Notes under the pieces: model-generated
Database searches by the model: none
The model's input: the letters and a program-made list of their open reading frames with translations, nothing else
Told to the model about the DNA's origin: nothing
From: Candidatus Wildermuthbacteria bacterium
GTDB taxonomy: Bacteria; Patescibacteriota; Minisyncoccia; Minisyncoccales; UBA10102
Assembly (NCBI GenBank): GCA_016203455.1
Contig: JACQMR010000014.1
Location: 6,138-70,137, forward strand
Length of the DNA stretch: 64,000 nt
Direction: 5' to 3'
Made by a program: the position numbers and the translations under genes
Part shown: positions 46,444 to 56,506 of the stretch, in pieces
Numbering within the stretch: position 1 is the first letter of the stretch
How the letters are laid out: each line of letters opens with the position of its first letter

Positions 46444-46530
46444 GGAGGGGTGCCTGAGTGGTTGAAAGGGACAGTCTTGAAAACTGTTAGGGGCGCAAGT
46501 TCCTCGTGAGTTCGAATCTCACCCCCTCCG
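46444..46530 (+). tRNA. tRNA-Ser(TGA)
   Basis: GGAGGGG/CCCCTCC acceptor, ACAGT-CTTGAAA-ACTGT. Confidence 0.95.
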
Positions 46531-46531
46531 C

Positions 46532-46744
46532 CTTTGCTCGCCGAAGCGGCGAGCTACGGCGGACGCAGTCCGCCAGTAGATCGTCGCGAAGGCGGGCTTC
46601 GCCCGCCGAAGCAAAGCTTCGTCGGGCTTCGGCCTGGCTACGCCAAATGGCTATGCCATGGCGAGCGTGACGCAGTCCGCAGTAGATACGCGAAGGCGGG
46701 CTTCGCCATGCTGAAAGCTACGCCCTGCTGAAAGCGGGCTTCGC
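46532..46744 (+). repeat. tRNA-Ser-associated modular hairpin repeat array (locus C)
   Basis: Units at 46532, 46597, 46627 and 46701; the first unit is near-identical to 42315-42379. Confidence 0.9.
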
Positions 46745-46749
46745 CGATC

Positions 46750-47397
46750 TTATTTATCTCCCGCCACAATTTGCGCCAGTCCTTTATAGTAGGTTTTCTT
46801 TGAGATGTTTTTAAACCCGATTTCTGCGAGTTCGTTTTGCAGGTCCTCTGCAAAAATGCCGTAGGCGTCTTTGTTCTCCACAAGAAAAAATTGAATGAAA
46901 AGAGGAACGCGAAAGATAGGGTTTTTTGGCATGTGGTATTCATATATGGCGAATCTCCCGCCCGGCTTTAGAATCCGGTATGCTTCTTTCATCACTTGTA
47001 TTCTTTGCGCGTGGGGCAGGTCGTGTATGGCAAAAGATATTGCCGCAAAGTCGGCAAATGCGGAGGGATAGGTTGCGCGGGTTGCGTCTTGCAAAGAAAA
47101 CTCAATACGCGCGTTGAGTGTTCTTGCTTTTGTTTTTGCCACGGAGAGCATTCGTTCAGAAAGGTCCGAGGCGTGTATAACGGCTTCGGGAAAAGTGTCG
47201 CGCATGGCAAACGCGTTTTCTCCGGTACCTGTGGCAAGGTCAACCAGCGCACGGGCATTTTTTGGTATCCATTCTATTATGTTGCCGCGCAATTTTCTCG
47301 GATTTCCAAACGAGGCGCAGAAAACCCACGCGTCGTATATCTTTGGAAAAAGCCAAGAGTCAAACAGCGAGCGAAAATACTTTGGTTTTCTTTCCAT
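46750..47397 (-). CDS. UbiE-like SAM-dependent methyltransferase
   Basis: LVDLATGTG, DLSERML and RILKPGG motifs. Confidence 0.85.
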   Translation of the reverse strand: MERKPKYFRSLFDSWLFPKIYDAWVFCASFGNPRKLRGNIIEWIPKNARALVDLATGTGENAFAMRDTFPEAVIHASDLSERMLSVAKTKARTLNARIEFSLQDATRATYPSAFADFAAISFAIHDLPHAQRIQVMKEAYRILKPGGRFAIYEYHMPKNPIFRVPLFIQFFLVENKDAYGIFAEDLQNELAEIGFKNISKKTYYKGLAQIVAGDK

Positions 47398-47454
47398 GTG
47401 TTCTATGATAAATGAAATCTCTCCGTATGTGAAGTTTCTCTATATGATATTACA

Positions 47455-48552
47455 ATGACACCGGGTTCTTTTAGAGTTTTGCCCTCTTCTTGCCTTGGGA
47501 TTGATATTGGCACTTCCGCGCTTAAGGTGATGGAGCTTTCCCGTTGGGGGAAACGGTTGAGCGTAAAAAATTACGGGGAAATGCAGGCGGGGTCTTTGTA
47601 TGACAGGCCGTTTCGCACGGCCGAGAAGAATTCTCTGTCGCTTTCCAGCAAGGATTTGGCCAGGGCTTTGCAGGGGATCATTGAGGAGGCAAAGATGCAA
47701 ACGCGCCGCGCTGTATTTTCCATACCGGATTTTTCCAGTTTTTTCGCGCATTTTGAGCTTCCTCCCATGGCAGATGAAGAAATTCCGCAGGCGGTGCAAT
47801 ATGAAGCCCGAAAGTTCGTGCCGATTCCTTTTTCCGAAGTAACTTTTGACTGGCAGATTATCAACAATCGCAAAGGCGTGAGAAAAAATGATCCCGCCAA
47901 GATTTTGCTGGTCGCGGTGCCAAATGAAGTCATCAATCAATACAGAGAAATCGCCGAACTCGCGAAACTTCGGCTTCTTACCCTGGAAGCGGAGGTGTTT
48001 TGCGTTATTCGCTCTTGCGCGCGCGAAGCGAAAGGTTCAGTAATTTTGCTTGATATGGGCGTCCAAACAACAACAATCAATGTGGTGACAGACGGCATAT
48101 TGAGAAATTCCCGGAGCGTGGATTTGGGTGGAGGCAGTTTCGCGGAGCGCGTCTCCCAGTCGTTTTCCATAGATAGAAAGCGCGCCGAAGAACAAAAGAA
48201 TCTCAAAGGGCTTGCCGACCCCCAGATTTTTCAAATTCTGGCGCCATTGCTGGATGAGGTTGTAGCAGACATAAGGCGCGTTGAGGAGGGGTTCCGGTCT
48301 GAAGGCCCCGTTGTAAACAGAGCGGAAGTAAACGGAGAGCATCAAAAAAAAATAGGGAAAATTTTGCTTGCCGGAGGATCCGCCTTGCTTCCCGGATTGG
48401 CCCCGTATCTAAAAGATGCTCTGGGCATAGAAACGCAAATCGCCGATCCTTTTCGCGAGATCTTTTATCTTCCCGCGTTAGAGAGTAGAATAAAAAGCAT
48501 GGGGCCGGCATGGGCGGTCTCGGCGGGCGCGGCGTTAAGAGGACTGGAGTAA
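47455..48552 (+). CDS. pilM: Type IV pilus assembly protein PilM
   Basis: LGIDIGTSALK, LLDMG and LLAGGSA actin-like motifs. Confidence 0.9.
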   Translation: MTPGSFRVLPSSCLGIDIGTSALKVMELSRWGKRLSVKNYGEMQAGSLYDRPFRTAEKNSLSLSSKDLARALQGIIEEAKMQTRRAVFSIPDFSSFFAHFELPPMADEEIPQAVQYEARKFVPIPFSEVTFDWQIINNRKGVRKNDPAKILLVAVPNEVINQYREIAELAKLRLLTLEAEVFCVIRSCAREAKGSVILLDMGVQTTTINVVTDGILRNSRSVDLGGGSFAERVSQSFSIDRKRAEEQKNLKGLADPQIFQILAPLLDEVVADIRRVEEGFRSEGPVVNRAEVNGEHQKKIGKILLAGGSALLPGLAPYLKDALGIETQIADPFREIFYLPALESRIKSMGPAWAVSAGAALRGLE

Positions 48553-48717
48553 CGAATAACCGATAACACATAACGAATAACCAAACTCTCGCCTCTTATT
48601 TCCCGTTTGAAAATTAGAGCATTGAAAATTGATTAGGAATTTTGTACCAGGTTTTCTAAAAGCTATCCTTCCACGCTGGTCAGGACAAGTAAACTACATA
48701 CTAAAAACTGATTTTTC

Positions 48718-49263
48718 ATGGAGATTATTCCAAAAATACCCCAGAAACATTCTCTCGTTTCAAGCGTTCTTTTTTTCGTTTCCATAGCGGGATTCGCGGC
48801 CGCATTGGGCGGGTTCTGGCTATTCTTTTTTCTTGAAGCGAGAGGGCAGGGCGATGTTGAGCGGTTAACCGCGGCTTTGGGAGCGGGGAAAACCCAAGAA
48901 GAAATCGCGCTGGAAGATTCCGTGGGGGGGCTTAAGAAAAAACTGGATGATTTTACGGGCGTTATTTCCAGCCGCAAGGACTTTGCTCCCGCTTTCGCGT
49001 TCTTGGAAAACGCCGTTCATCCCGCCGTGGTGTTTAGCTCGGTGTCCATGGGATCTGAAAGTTCCAGGGTTCAGTTGCGCGGAACGGCCGATTCGTATGT
49101 GTCTTTGGAGGAACAGCTCGCGGTTTTTAAGGCCAGACCGGAAACGAGGAGCGTATCCCTTACGGATTTTCAGGGAGGGGAAAGTTCGGGCGTTTCTTTT
49201 CAGGTTGAACTGGAATTTCCGGCGGATTTTTTTCAGGATACATTAGAGCGAGAAACTCCATGA
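48718..49263 (+). CDS. PilN-like protein
   Basis: N-terminal TM, coiled coil, VQLRGTADS; position after pilM. Confidence 0.7.
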   Translation: MEIIPKIPQKHSLVSSVLFFVSIAGFAAALGGFWLFFFLEARGQGDVERLTAALGAGKTQEEIALEDSVGGLKKKLDDFTGVISSRKDFAPAFAFLENAVHPAVVFSSVSMGSESSRVQLRGTADSYVSLEEQLAVFKARPETRSVSLTDFQGGESSGVSFQVELEFPADFFQDTLERETP

Positions 49264-49781
49264 ACCGGACTTTTTTCACGGTGATTTTATTATGTTCCGC
49301 CCTGGGAGTAGGCATCTTTTTAACCTGGCCAAAGTTTCAGGAATACTCGGTGGTTGCGGAGCAATCCCAGAGTAAACGGAAAGAACTGCAAAGCAGAGAA
49401 GAATATTTCGCGCGTCTTCGCGAGGTGAAAGAAGGCCTGGCGGCGTACGCGGACAAGATAGCAAAAGTTGACGCCGCCGTACCCGCGGATTCCCAACTGC
49501 CCGCTTTGTACGATTCTTTGCAGAAAGAAGCGTCATTTTCCGGCCTTGTTCTTAGAGGGTTATCCATCTCTCCCCAACCTGGGAGCGAGGCGGGATCCGC
49601 GCAGTTGCGCTTGATTCCCGCAACCATGAATCTTACCGGTTCTTACGGGGCGATAAAGCAGTTTCTTTTGAATATAAAAACCGCTTCCCGCGTTGCGAGC
49701 ATTCAGTCGGTTGCTTTTGGAGGAGATCAGGCGGGAACGACATTTTCCTTGAGCGTTGGCCTTACGGCGTATTCTTACTAA
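49260..49781 (+). CDS. pilO: PilO-like protein
   Basis: TM, coiled coil, LTGSYGAIKQFL. Confidence 0.75.
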   Translation: MNRTFFTVILLCSALGVGIFLTWPKFQEYSVVAEQSQSKRKELQSREEYFARLREVKEGLAAYADKIAKVDAAVPADSQLPALYDSLQKEASFSGLVLRGLSISPQPGSEAGSAQLRLIPATMNLTGSYGAIKQFLLNIKTASRVASIQSVAFGGDQAGTTFSLSVGLTAYSY

Positions 49782-49787
49782 CTTTTT

Positions 49788-50075
49788 TTGGCTATTTTCA
49801 TGGCGCGTACAATTCTTGAACAAAAAAAAATACAGCGGTATCTTATCGCGGCTTTGGTAGCTGTAATGTTTATAACCGCGGTTGTTTTATGGCTGGGATT
49901 TTTTAAGAAAACTCCGGCGGCGCCGGCGTCCGGAGGGGCCGCCGGTATTCCCATGAGAACCATTGATATTGATACCCGTCTTTTTGAGAACCCCATTTTT
50001 GATATTTTGAGAAGTCCCCGGGAAGCGGTGAGGATTCCAGAATCGGTGGGAAGGGAGAATCCTTTTGTAAAGTAA
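49788..50075 (+). CDS. Small membrane protein (possible PilP-like remnant)
   Basis: Single TM; ends in GRENPF like the PilP RDPF motif; start could be 49800. Confidence 0.55.
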   Translation: MAIFMARTILEQKKIQRYLIAALVAVMFITAVVLWLGFFKKTPAAPASGGAAGIPMRTIDIDTRLFENPIFDILRSPREAVRIPESVGRENPFVK

Positions 50076-50077
50076 CC

Positions 50078-51814
50078 ATGGACATCGTAAAGATTCTTAT
50101 TCAAAGAAATATCATAGACCGCGCAACGGCTTTGCTCATTGAGGCGGAGGCAAAAAAGAACCAGGTGCCGGTTGACGATCTTTTGCTTGCCAAGAAAGCG
50201 ATAGACGAAGAAATGCTGTTTTCCGTGAAGTCGGAGGTTTTGGGCATTCCTCTCCGCTATCCTAACGCCAAAGATATTCCTCTTAAGGTTTTAGAACTCA
50301 TTCCGGAAGATTCAGCCCAGCATTACAGTATGATTCCGGTGGCGCAAAAGGGGGGTGTCGTGGAGGTGGGCATGATCCATCCCGAGGATTCTTTGGCGCA
50401 AGAAGCCCTGAAGTTTCTTTCGCGAAGAGGAGCGTTTTCGTGGAAAGAGGTGCTTGTGACTCCTTCGGTATTTGAGGCCATACTGCGTTCGTATCGCAAT
50501 CAAAAAGAAGAATCGTCCGGAGCGTTGAAGGATTTACAGGAAGCGCTGGATGAAAAGCAGGAAGCGGGCAAAAAATCGGAAGCAAAGTTTCAGCGGCTGG
50601 TTGAGGAGGCGCCCGTAACCAAGATGGTCGCCGTGGTTTTGAGGAACGCCGTGGAAGGCAAGGCGTCAGACATTCATATAGAGCCGGGCAAAGAGCAAAG
50701 CAGGGTGCGGTTCAGATTTTTGGGAGAATTGTTTTCTTCCCTGTTTTTGCCAAAGAGCGTGCATAACGCGGTGGTGGCGAGAATCAAGATACTTTCGCAG
50801 TTAAAAATAGATGAAACGCGGATTCCCCAGGACGGACGGTTTTCCATGGTTATTGACGAGCGCGGGGTTGATTTTCGCGTGTCTACCTTTCCTACCGCGC
50901 TTGGAGAAAAGGTGGCGATCCGCGTGCTGGACCCCGATATAGGCATGAAAAGTTTGCAGGATTTAGGTCTTCGGGGCGATTCTTTGCAAAAGGTTGAGCG
51001 GGCGGCGGGCAAGCCCTTTGGGCTTGTGCTGGTTACTGGTCCAACGGGTTCCGGTAAAAGCACAACGCTGTATGCCATGTTGCAGAGCGTGCGCCGCGAT
51101 TCGTTAAATGTGGTAAGTTTGGAAGATCCGGTGGAGTATTTAATGGATGGCGTGAATCAGTCGCAGATGAAACCGGAGATTGGGTATGATTTTGCCCAGG
51201 GTTTGCGCCAGATCTTGCGTCAGGACCCCGATATTATCATGGTTGGAGAGGTGCGAGATAAAGAAACCGCGACCCTGGTGGTGCATGCCGCGCTTACCGG
51301 CCATGTGGTGCTTTCCACATTGCACACGAATAACGCGATCGGGGCGATCCCGAGATTGCTTGATATGGGAGTGGATAAATACCTGATTGCCCCCACCATA
51401 AGCGCGGCGCTTTCCCAGCGTCTTGTGCGCAGATTATGCGATAACTGCAAAGAGAAAGTTGAACCGCAAAAAGGCATTAAGGAACTTATTCTGCAAGAAC
51501 TTCAGCGCATGCCTCAAAAGAGATCGGGTCCCGAATTGGAATACGCGGCAACCGGAGGCAAGGATCTTGCGATTTTTGAACCAAAAGGATGCAGAGAATG
51601 TTCCAGCATAGGATACACGGGGCGTATTGGCATATTTGAAGTTTTGGAGATGACAGATGAACTCGCGGGAATTGTTATCGGAGCTCCGTCGGAGGCGGAG
51701 ATAGAAAAGGAGGCGGTCCGGCAAGGCATGATGACAATGCGCCAGGACGGCATTCTCAAGGTTTTAGACGGCATGACAAGCATGGCGGAAGTGATTCGCG
51801 TAACCGAAGAATAA
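50078..51814 (+). CDS. pilB: Type IV pilus assembly ATPase PilB/GspE
   Basis: ASDIHIEP, GPTGSGKST, LRQDPDIIMVGEVRD and CxxC motifs. Confidence 0.93.
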   Translation: MDIVKILIQRNIIDRATALLIEAEAKKNQVPVDDLLLAKKAIDEEMLFSVKSEVLGIPLRYPNAKDIPLKVLELIPEDSAQHYSMIPVAQKGGVVEVGMIHPEDSLAQEALKFLSRRGAFSWKEVLVTPSVFEAILRSYRNQKEESSGALKDLQEALDEKQEAGKKSEAKFQRLVEEAPVTKMVAVVLRNAVEGKASDIHIEPGKEQSRVRFRFLGELFSSLFLPKSVHNAVVARIKILSQLKIDETRIPQDGRFSMVIDERGVDFRVSTFPTALGEKVAIRVLDPDIGMKSLQDLGLRGDSLQKVERAAGKPFGLVLVTGPTGSGKSTTLYAMLQSVRRDSLNVVSLEDPVEYLMDGVNQSQMKPEIGYDFAQGLRQILRQDPDIIMVGEVRDKETATLVVHAALTGHVVLSTLHTNNAIGAIPRLLDMGVDKYLIAPTISAALSQRLVRRLCDNCKEKVEPQKGIKELILQELQRMPQKRSGPELEYAATGGKDLAIFEPKGCRECSSIGYTGRIGIFEVLEMTDELAGIVIGAPSEAEIEKEAVRQGMMTMRQDGILKVLDGMTSMAEVIRVTEE

Positions 51815-51818
51815 CACT

Positions 51819-52199
51819 ATGAAGATATTTTTGGTGGAAGACGATCCTTTGTTGATAGATATTTACGGCACAAAATTTCGCAACGCGGGTTTTGAGGTGG
51901 AGAATTCAGACAACGGGGAAAAAGCGGTGGGCGCGATTATGAAAAGCGATCCGGACGCGATTGTGCTGGATTTGGTTTTGCCCCATTTAGACGGCTGGGG
52001 CGTATTGTCCGCTTTGCGGAAGCAAAAAAAACTGGACAAGGTAAAGATTATGATTCTTTCCAACCTTGGGCAAGACGAGGAGATTAAAAAAGGATATGAT
52101 ATGGGAGCAAACGCGTATTTGGTAAAGGCGCATAACACGCCGAGTCAGGTTGTTGAAGGCGTGAGAAAAATGCTTGCCGGAAAAAGGAGCAGTAAATAA
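51819..52199 (+). CDS. Single-domain response regulator
   Basis: VEDD, LDLVLP and YLVK receiver motifs. Confidence 0.9.
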   Translation: MKIFLVEDDPLLIDIYGTKFRNAGFEVENSDNGEKAVGAIMKSDPDAIVLDLVLPHLDGWGVLSALRKQKKLDKVKIMILSNLGQDEEIKKGYDMGANAYLVKAHNTPSQVVEGVRKMLAGKRSSK

Positions 52200-52207
52200 C
52201 CAAAACC

Positions 52208-53275
52208 ATGTCTGTTGAAAACTCTATAGAAGAATTGCTGGAGCTTACCATGCAAGAGAAGGCGTCTGACCTCCATGTTTCCGTTGGGCATCCTCCTGTT
52301 TTGCGCATTGAGGGGAAACTGGTCCCGCTGATAAAAAAGAAGGTCGTGAACGAGGAAACCGTGGTTGATCTCCTCTCTCCCCTGCTTTCCCAAGAACAGC
52401 GCGCGCGCCTGGATAATGAAAAAGAGGTGGATTTTTCGTACAGTTTTAAGGGAGAGGCAAGATTCAGGGTTAACTTGTTTTACCAGTCGGGGTCTTTGAG
52501 CGCGGCTTTGCGCCTGGTTCCAACGGAGATTAAGACGGTGGAGGGGCTGAATCTTCCTCCGGTGCTTCATAAATTCACCCAGGCGAATCAGGGATTCGTG
52601 GTTATTACCGGGCCTTCCAGCCACGGGAAATCCACGACGCTGGCGGCGTTGATTGACGAGATCAATCACACAAGGGCGGATCATATTATTACAATTGAAG
52701 ACCCCATTGAGTATATTTTTAAAGACGACAAGGCGGTGATTGATCAGCGCGAGGTGCACCAAGATACCGCAAGTTTTTCTTCCGCTTTGCGCGCCACTTT
52801 TCGTCAGGACCCCGATGTGATTATGGTGGGGGAAATGCGGGACGCGGAAACCATAGCCACCGCCATTACGGCGGCTGAAACGGGGCATCTGGTGTTTGCC
52901 ACTTTGCATACCAATTCGGCTTCCCAGACCGTGCACAGAATCGTGGATTCTTTCGCCCCGGAACAGCAAGCCCAGGTGCGTGCCCAGCTTTCCGGATCCT
53001 TGCTTGGCGTGGTTTCCCAGCGGCTGGTTCCCAGCATTAAGGGCGGGCTGGTTCCCGCCGTGGAGGTGATGATTTCAAATCCGGCGGTTGCCAATCTTAT
53101 CAGGGAGAACAAGATTCATGAACTGCCTTTGGTGATTGAAACATCCGCGGAGATGGGCATGATCTCTTTGAACCGCTCTCTCGCGAATCTCGTGAAAGCA
53201 AGGCAAGCCACATTGGAGAATGCCCTTGCCTATTCCTTGAATCCCGTGGAGTTGCGCGCCCTTGCCAGAAATTAG
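52208..53275 (+). CDS. pilT: Twitching motility retraction ATPase PilT
   Basis: ASDLH, GPSSHGKSTT, AAETGHLV and NLIRENK motifs. Confidence 0.93.
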   Translation: MSVENSIEELLELTMQEKASDLHVSVGHPPVLRIEGKLVPLIKKKVVNEETVVDLLSPLLSQEQRARLDNEKEVDFSYSFKGEARFRVNLFYQSGSLSAALRLVPTEIKTVEGLNLPPVLHKFTQANQGFVVITGPSSHGKSTTLAALIDEINHTRADHIITIEDPIEYIFKDDKAVIDQREVHQDTASFSSALRATFRQDPDVIMVGEMRDAETIATAITAAETGHLVFATLHTNSASQTVHRIVDSFAPEQQAQVRAQLSGSLLGVVSQRLVPSIKGGLVPAVEVMISNPAVANLIRENKIHELPLVIETSAEMGMISLNRSLANLVKARQATLENALAYSLNPVELRALARN

Positions 53276-53314
53276 CAGTTTCTAAAAACTAAAAACTACA
53301 AACTAAAAACTAGT

Positions 53315-54520
53315 GTGAAGTTTAATTATCAGGGACGGGACAAAAAGGGGCAGACGCAAGCAGGCACGGTGGAGGCCTCTTCACAAGAGGCGGCTTTGCG
53401 CGTGCTGGGGACAAACGGGCTGTTTGTGACCATTTTGGAAGCCGCCGGAGAGCGGCCCATATACGCCAGGCGCATAAAACTGTTTGACCGAGTTGGCGCC
53501 AGGGAGTTAATGATGTTTTCCCGCCAGCTGTCCGTGATGTTTCAGTCGCGCGTGTCTTTGGTGGAAGCGCTGGAGATTTTGGGTTCTCAAACCAGGAGCC
53601 CCATGTTTAAAGAAAAGATCTTTCAAATTTCCTCCGCCATTGAGGGCGGCACGCCTTTTTCTGACGCCCTGGCAAATCATCCCGATGCCTTCTCCTCTTT
53701 TTATGTGAATATGGTGAAATCCGGAGAGGCGTCCGGAACATTGTCCGATGTGTTGAATTATCTGGCAGAGCACATGGAGCGGGAGTACCAGCTTTCAAGC
53801 AAAATCAAGAGCGCCATGATTTATCCCGCGTTCGTTTTGTTTCTGTCTTTCGCGGTGCTGTTTTTGATGATGTTTTTTGTTATTCCCAATCTTACGCGCG
53901 TGCTTGAAGAAACCGGCCAGGAGCTTCCCGCCGTTACCAAAGCGGTTATGGGCCTTGCCGCGTTTACAAGGGGATTTTGGTGGCTTATATTCCTTGCAAT
54001 CGGGGGGAGTATGTTTGGGATCTTGCAATGGAGAAAGACCAAAGAGGGGCGGAGATTTTTTAGCGAATTTTCCCTGCGCGTTCCCTTGCTTGCCCCGTTT
54101 TTGCGCATGGTGTATCTTTCCAGGTTTGCGGAAAATCTCGCCACCCTTATAGCGGGCGGCTTGCCCATTGTCCAGTCCCTGGATATTACTTCGCAGATTG
54201 TGGGGAACGATGTGTATCAAGATATTATTCAGGAAGCAAAGGTTGAGGTGCAGAAAGGAAACAGTATCAGCGCGGTGCTTCAACAGCATCCTCTTGAATT
54301 TCCGCCCGTGTTTACGCAAATGGTGTTTGTGGGAGAGAAGTCCGGCACCATGGACAAAACTTTGGCTAATATCGTGGGGTTTTACCAAAAAGAAGTTGAG
54401 CGGCAGGTGGACGCTTTTTTGAGCATTTTAGAGCCGTTGTTTATAGTGATTTTGGGAGTGATTATCGGGGGTCTTATGGCTTCGGTGCTTCTGCCTTTGT
54501 ACCAGATGAGCGCGGCGTGA
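53315..54520 (+). CDS. pilC: Type IV pilus platform protein PilC/GspF
   Basis: GEASGTL, AMIYP, GEKSG and LEP motifs. Confidence 0.92.
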   Translation: MKFNYQGRDKKGQTQAGTVEASSQEAALRVLGTNGLFVTILEAAGERPIYARRIKLFDRVGARELMMFSRQLSVMFQSRVSLVEALEILGSQTRSPMFKEKIFQISSAIEGGTPFSDALANHPDAFSSFYVNMVKSGEASGTLSDVLNYLAEHMEREYQLSSKIKSAMIYPAFVLFLSFAVLFLMMFFVIPNLTRVLEETGQELPAVTKAVMGLAAFTRGFWWLIFLAIGGSMFGILQWRKTKEGRRFFSEFSLRVPLLAPFLRMVYLSRFAENLATLIAGGLPIVQSLDITSQIVGNDVYQDIIQEAKVEVQKGNSISAVLQQHPLEFPPVFTQMVFVGEKSGTMDKTLANIVGFYQKEVERQVDAFLSILEPLFIVILGVIIGGLMASVLLPLYQMSAA

Positions 54521-54566
54521 TGAGCTCGTATTGCGCGGATATAGCGTGTAGATATAATAAAAGAAC

Positions 54567-55043
54567 ATGAAGAAAGGGTTTACATTAATTGAATTGCTGG
54601 TTGTTATTACTATTATAGGAATCTTGTCTTCCACCATTCTGGTTTCTTTGGGGTCTGCGCGCGCGAAAGCGAGAGACGCCAGAAGGCAGTCAGACCTGCA
54701 CCAGATCGCGCTCGCCTTGGAGCTTGCGTATTCTGATGCCGAGAAATACACCCAATACAATGCCGCCACGGTGCCGCCAAAGATTCCCTGCACAAACACG
54801 GGGTGTACCGGCATTGGGGACGGGCAGTATTTAGACCCGGTGCCGCAAGATCCGCAGGGAGTTCCCTACCAGTGGCTCAATAATGTGAATACTCTGCTTA
54901 CCAACTGCGGATCGCAGAATTTTTGCGCGTATACTCCCCTGGAATCGGGCGGATGGTTTGCCGGTTCTGAAAAGGGCACCAGAAAACTGGACTATGACCC
55001 TGCCACAGGAGGACCAAGACCGGGAAAATGCCCTTGCTGGTAG
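54567..55043 (+). CDS. Type IV pilin
   Basis: KKGF|TLIELLVVI class III signal peptide. Confidence 0.9.
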   Translation: MKKGFTLIELLVVITIIGILSSTILVSLGSARAKARDARRQSDLHQIALALELAYSDAEKYTQYNAATVPPKIPCTNTGCTGIGDGQYLDPVPQDPQGVPYQWLNNVNTLLTNCGSQNFCAYTPLESGGWFAGSEKGTRKLDYDPATGGPRPGKCPCW

Positions 55044-55108
55044 CGCTTGAAAAGAGATATGCTATAATAAAACAATTATGAACGGTCGAAAACAAAACAG
55101 ATACGCGT

Positions 55109-55642
55109 ATGAATATATTTGCAACATTGCATAAAAATAAGAATAAGAAAAAAGGATTCACGCTCATTGAGCTGTTGGTTGTTATTGCCGTCATTGGAAT
55201 GTTGGCTTCCATTGCGTTGGTTTCTTTTGGTCCCGTAAGGGCAAAAGCCCGGGACGCAAAGAGAATTACGGATTTGGGACAGATGATGACTATTATTTTG
55301 TCTGAACAAGCGAGCGGACAGGAGGGCAATTTTCTTGGTTGCGATACCGCCGATGAAGGTCTTGAAGCTTGTACCGGCCCCGGTCTTCTTTCTGAATTTT
55401 CCAAATTTAAAGATCCGGTAACCCCCGGGACACCATGTACATCCGGGAGTACGAGCACTTGCCAGTATTCCGTTAGCAAGAAAGATGGAAGTGCTGGCAA
55501 TCCAACGCTTATTGATTTTCAGATTTGTTTTTCTCTTGAACAGCCAGCTCCCACGCTTGGAGGTGGCATGGCGCAATGGAAAAATAGGATAGTTTACGAT
55601 GCGACAAGCGGCGCAAAATTCGAATCAGGAGTATGTAATTAG
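55109..55642 (+). CDS. Type IV pilin
   Basis: KKGF|TLIELLVVI. Confidence 0.9.
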   Translation: MNIFATLHKNKNKKKGFTLIELLVVIAVIGMLASIALVSFGPVRAKARDAKRITDLGQMMTIILSEQASGQEGNFLGCDTADEGLEACTGPGLLSEFSKFKDPVTPGTPCTSGSTSTCQYSVSKKDGSAGNPTLIDFQICFSLEQPAPTLGGGMAQWKNRIVYDATSGAKFESGVCN

Positions 55643-55745
55643 TTGTCCGTTAGTTTTTTTGGAAGCTGGATTAGCGGGATAAAATATGCAAAAGGTCGAT
55701 TGATAAAATGACAGATAAAGAGATTGAATAAACATATATACAAGC

Positions 55746-56231
55746 ATGATAAAATTCAAGCAAAAAGGTTTTACGCTTATTGAGTTATTGGTGGTTATTG
55801 CCATTATCGGTATTTTGGCGGGAATCGTGCTGGTATCTTTGGGAGGCGCGAGAGCAAATGCCAGAGACGCCAGAAGACAGTCAGACATGAGGCAGATAAA
55901 TACCGCCATGGAATTGTGCTATCAGGATGCCGCCTGCGAGGGTTCTGCGGCAGACGAATATCCTATTGCCGATGTTACGGGGACTGGCATTGGAACATAT
56001 TTGGCAACTGTGCCTACTGACCCGTCCGGTGATGTTTACACATGGATTGATAACAGCGCTGACGATCAGAGCTATTGTATTTTCGCCATCTTGGAAGCAA
56101 ACGCTCCCGCAGATACGGTAACTATTATTACCGCGGGGCCTGGTGGCGTGAAGCAGAAAGATGTTGCGGACACCGCGGCAGATATCGATGTGCCCGATGT
56201 GTTGCCAACTCTTGCAAACTGCACGGATTAG
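55746..56231 (+). CDS. Type IV pilin
   Basis: QKGF|TLIELLVVI. Confidence 0.9.
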   Translation: MIKFKQKGFTLIELLVVIAIIGILAGIVLVSLGGARANARDARRQSDMRQINTAMELCYQDAACEGSAADEYPIADVTGTGIGTYLATVPTDPSGDVYTWIDNSADDQSYCIFAILEANAPADTVTIITAGPGGVKQKDVADTAADIDVPDVLPTLANCTD

Positions 56232-56383
56232 TTGTGTCTGCCTTAACTGAGTTAAGGATTTAGTGAAACTTAGCCGAGCTAAGTTGTATAAAAGCAGAAA
56301 CTTAGTTTAACTAAGTTGTAGCCGAGCGGTTTCTATATCGCGAGTTCTAAACCGGGTTTGGATTTTCCAAGCCCGGTTTAGTT

Positions 56384-56435
56384 AATTTCCTTAACCCCGT
56401 TAAGTTATCCACACCTTAACGGGGTTAAGGAAATT
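56384..56435. repeat. Perfect 21-bp inverted repeat flanking a DnaA-box 9-mer
   Basis: AATTTCCTTAACCCCGTTAAG-TTATCCACAC-CTTAACGGGGTTAAGGAAATT. Confidence 0.9.
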
Positions 56436-56506
56436 TTGAAATTGTTTTGGTTATTCGTTATTTGTTTATAGTTATTTGTTGCTCACGCCGTGGTATAGTT
56501 AAAAAA

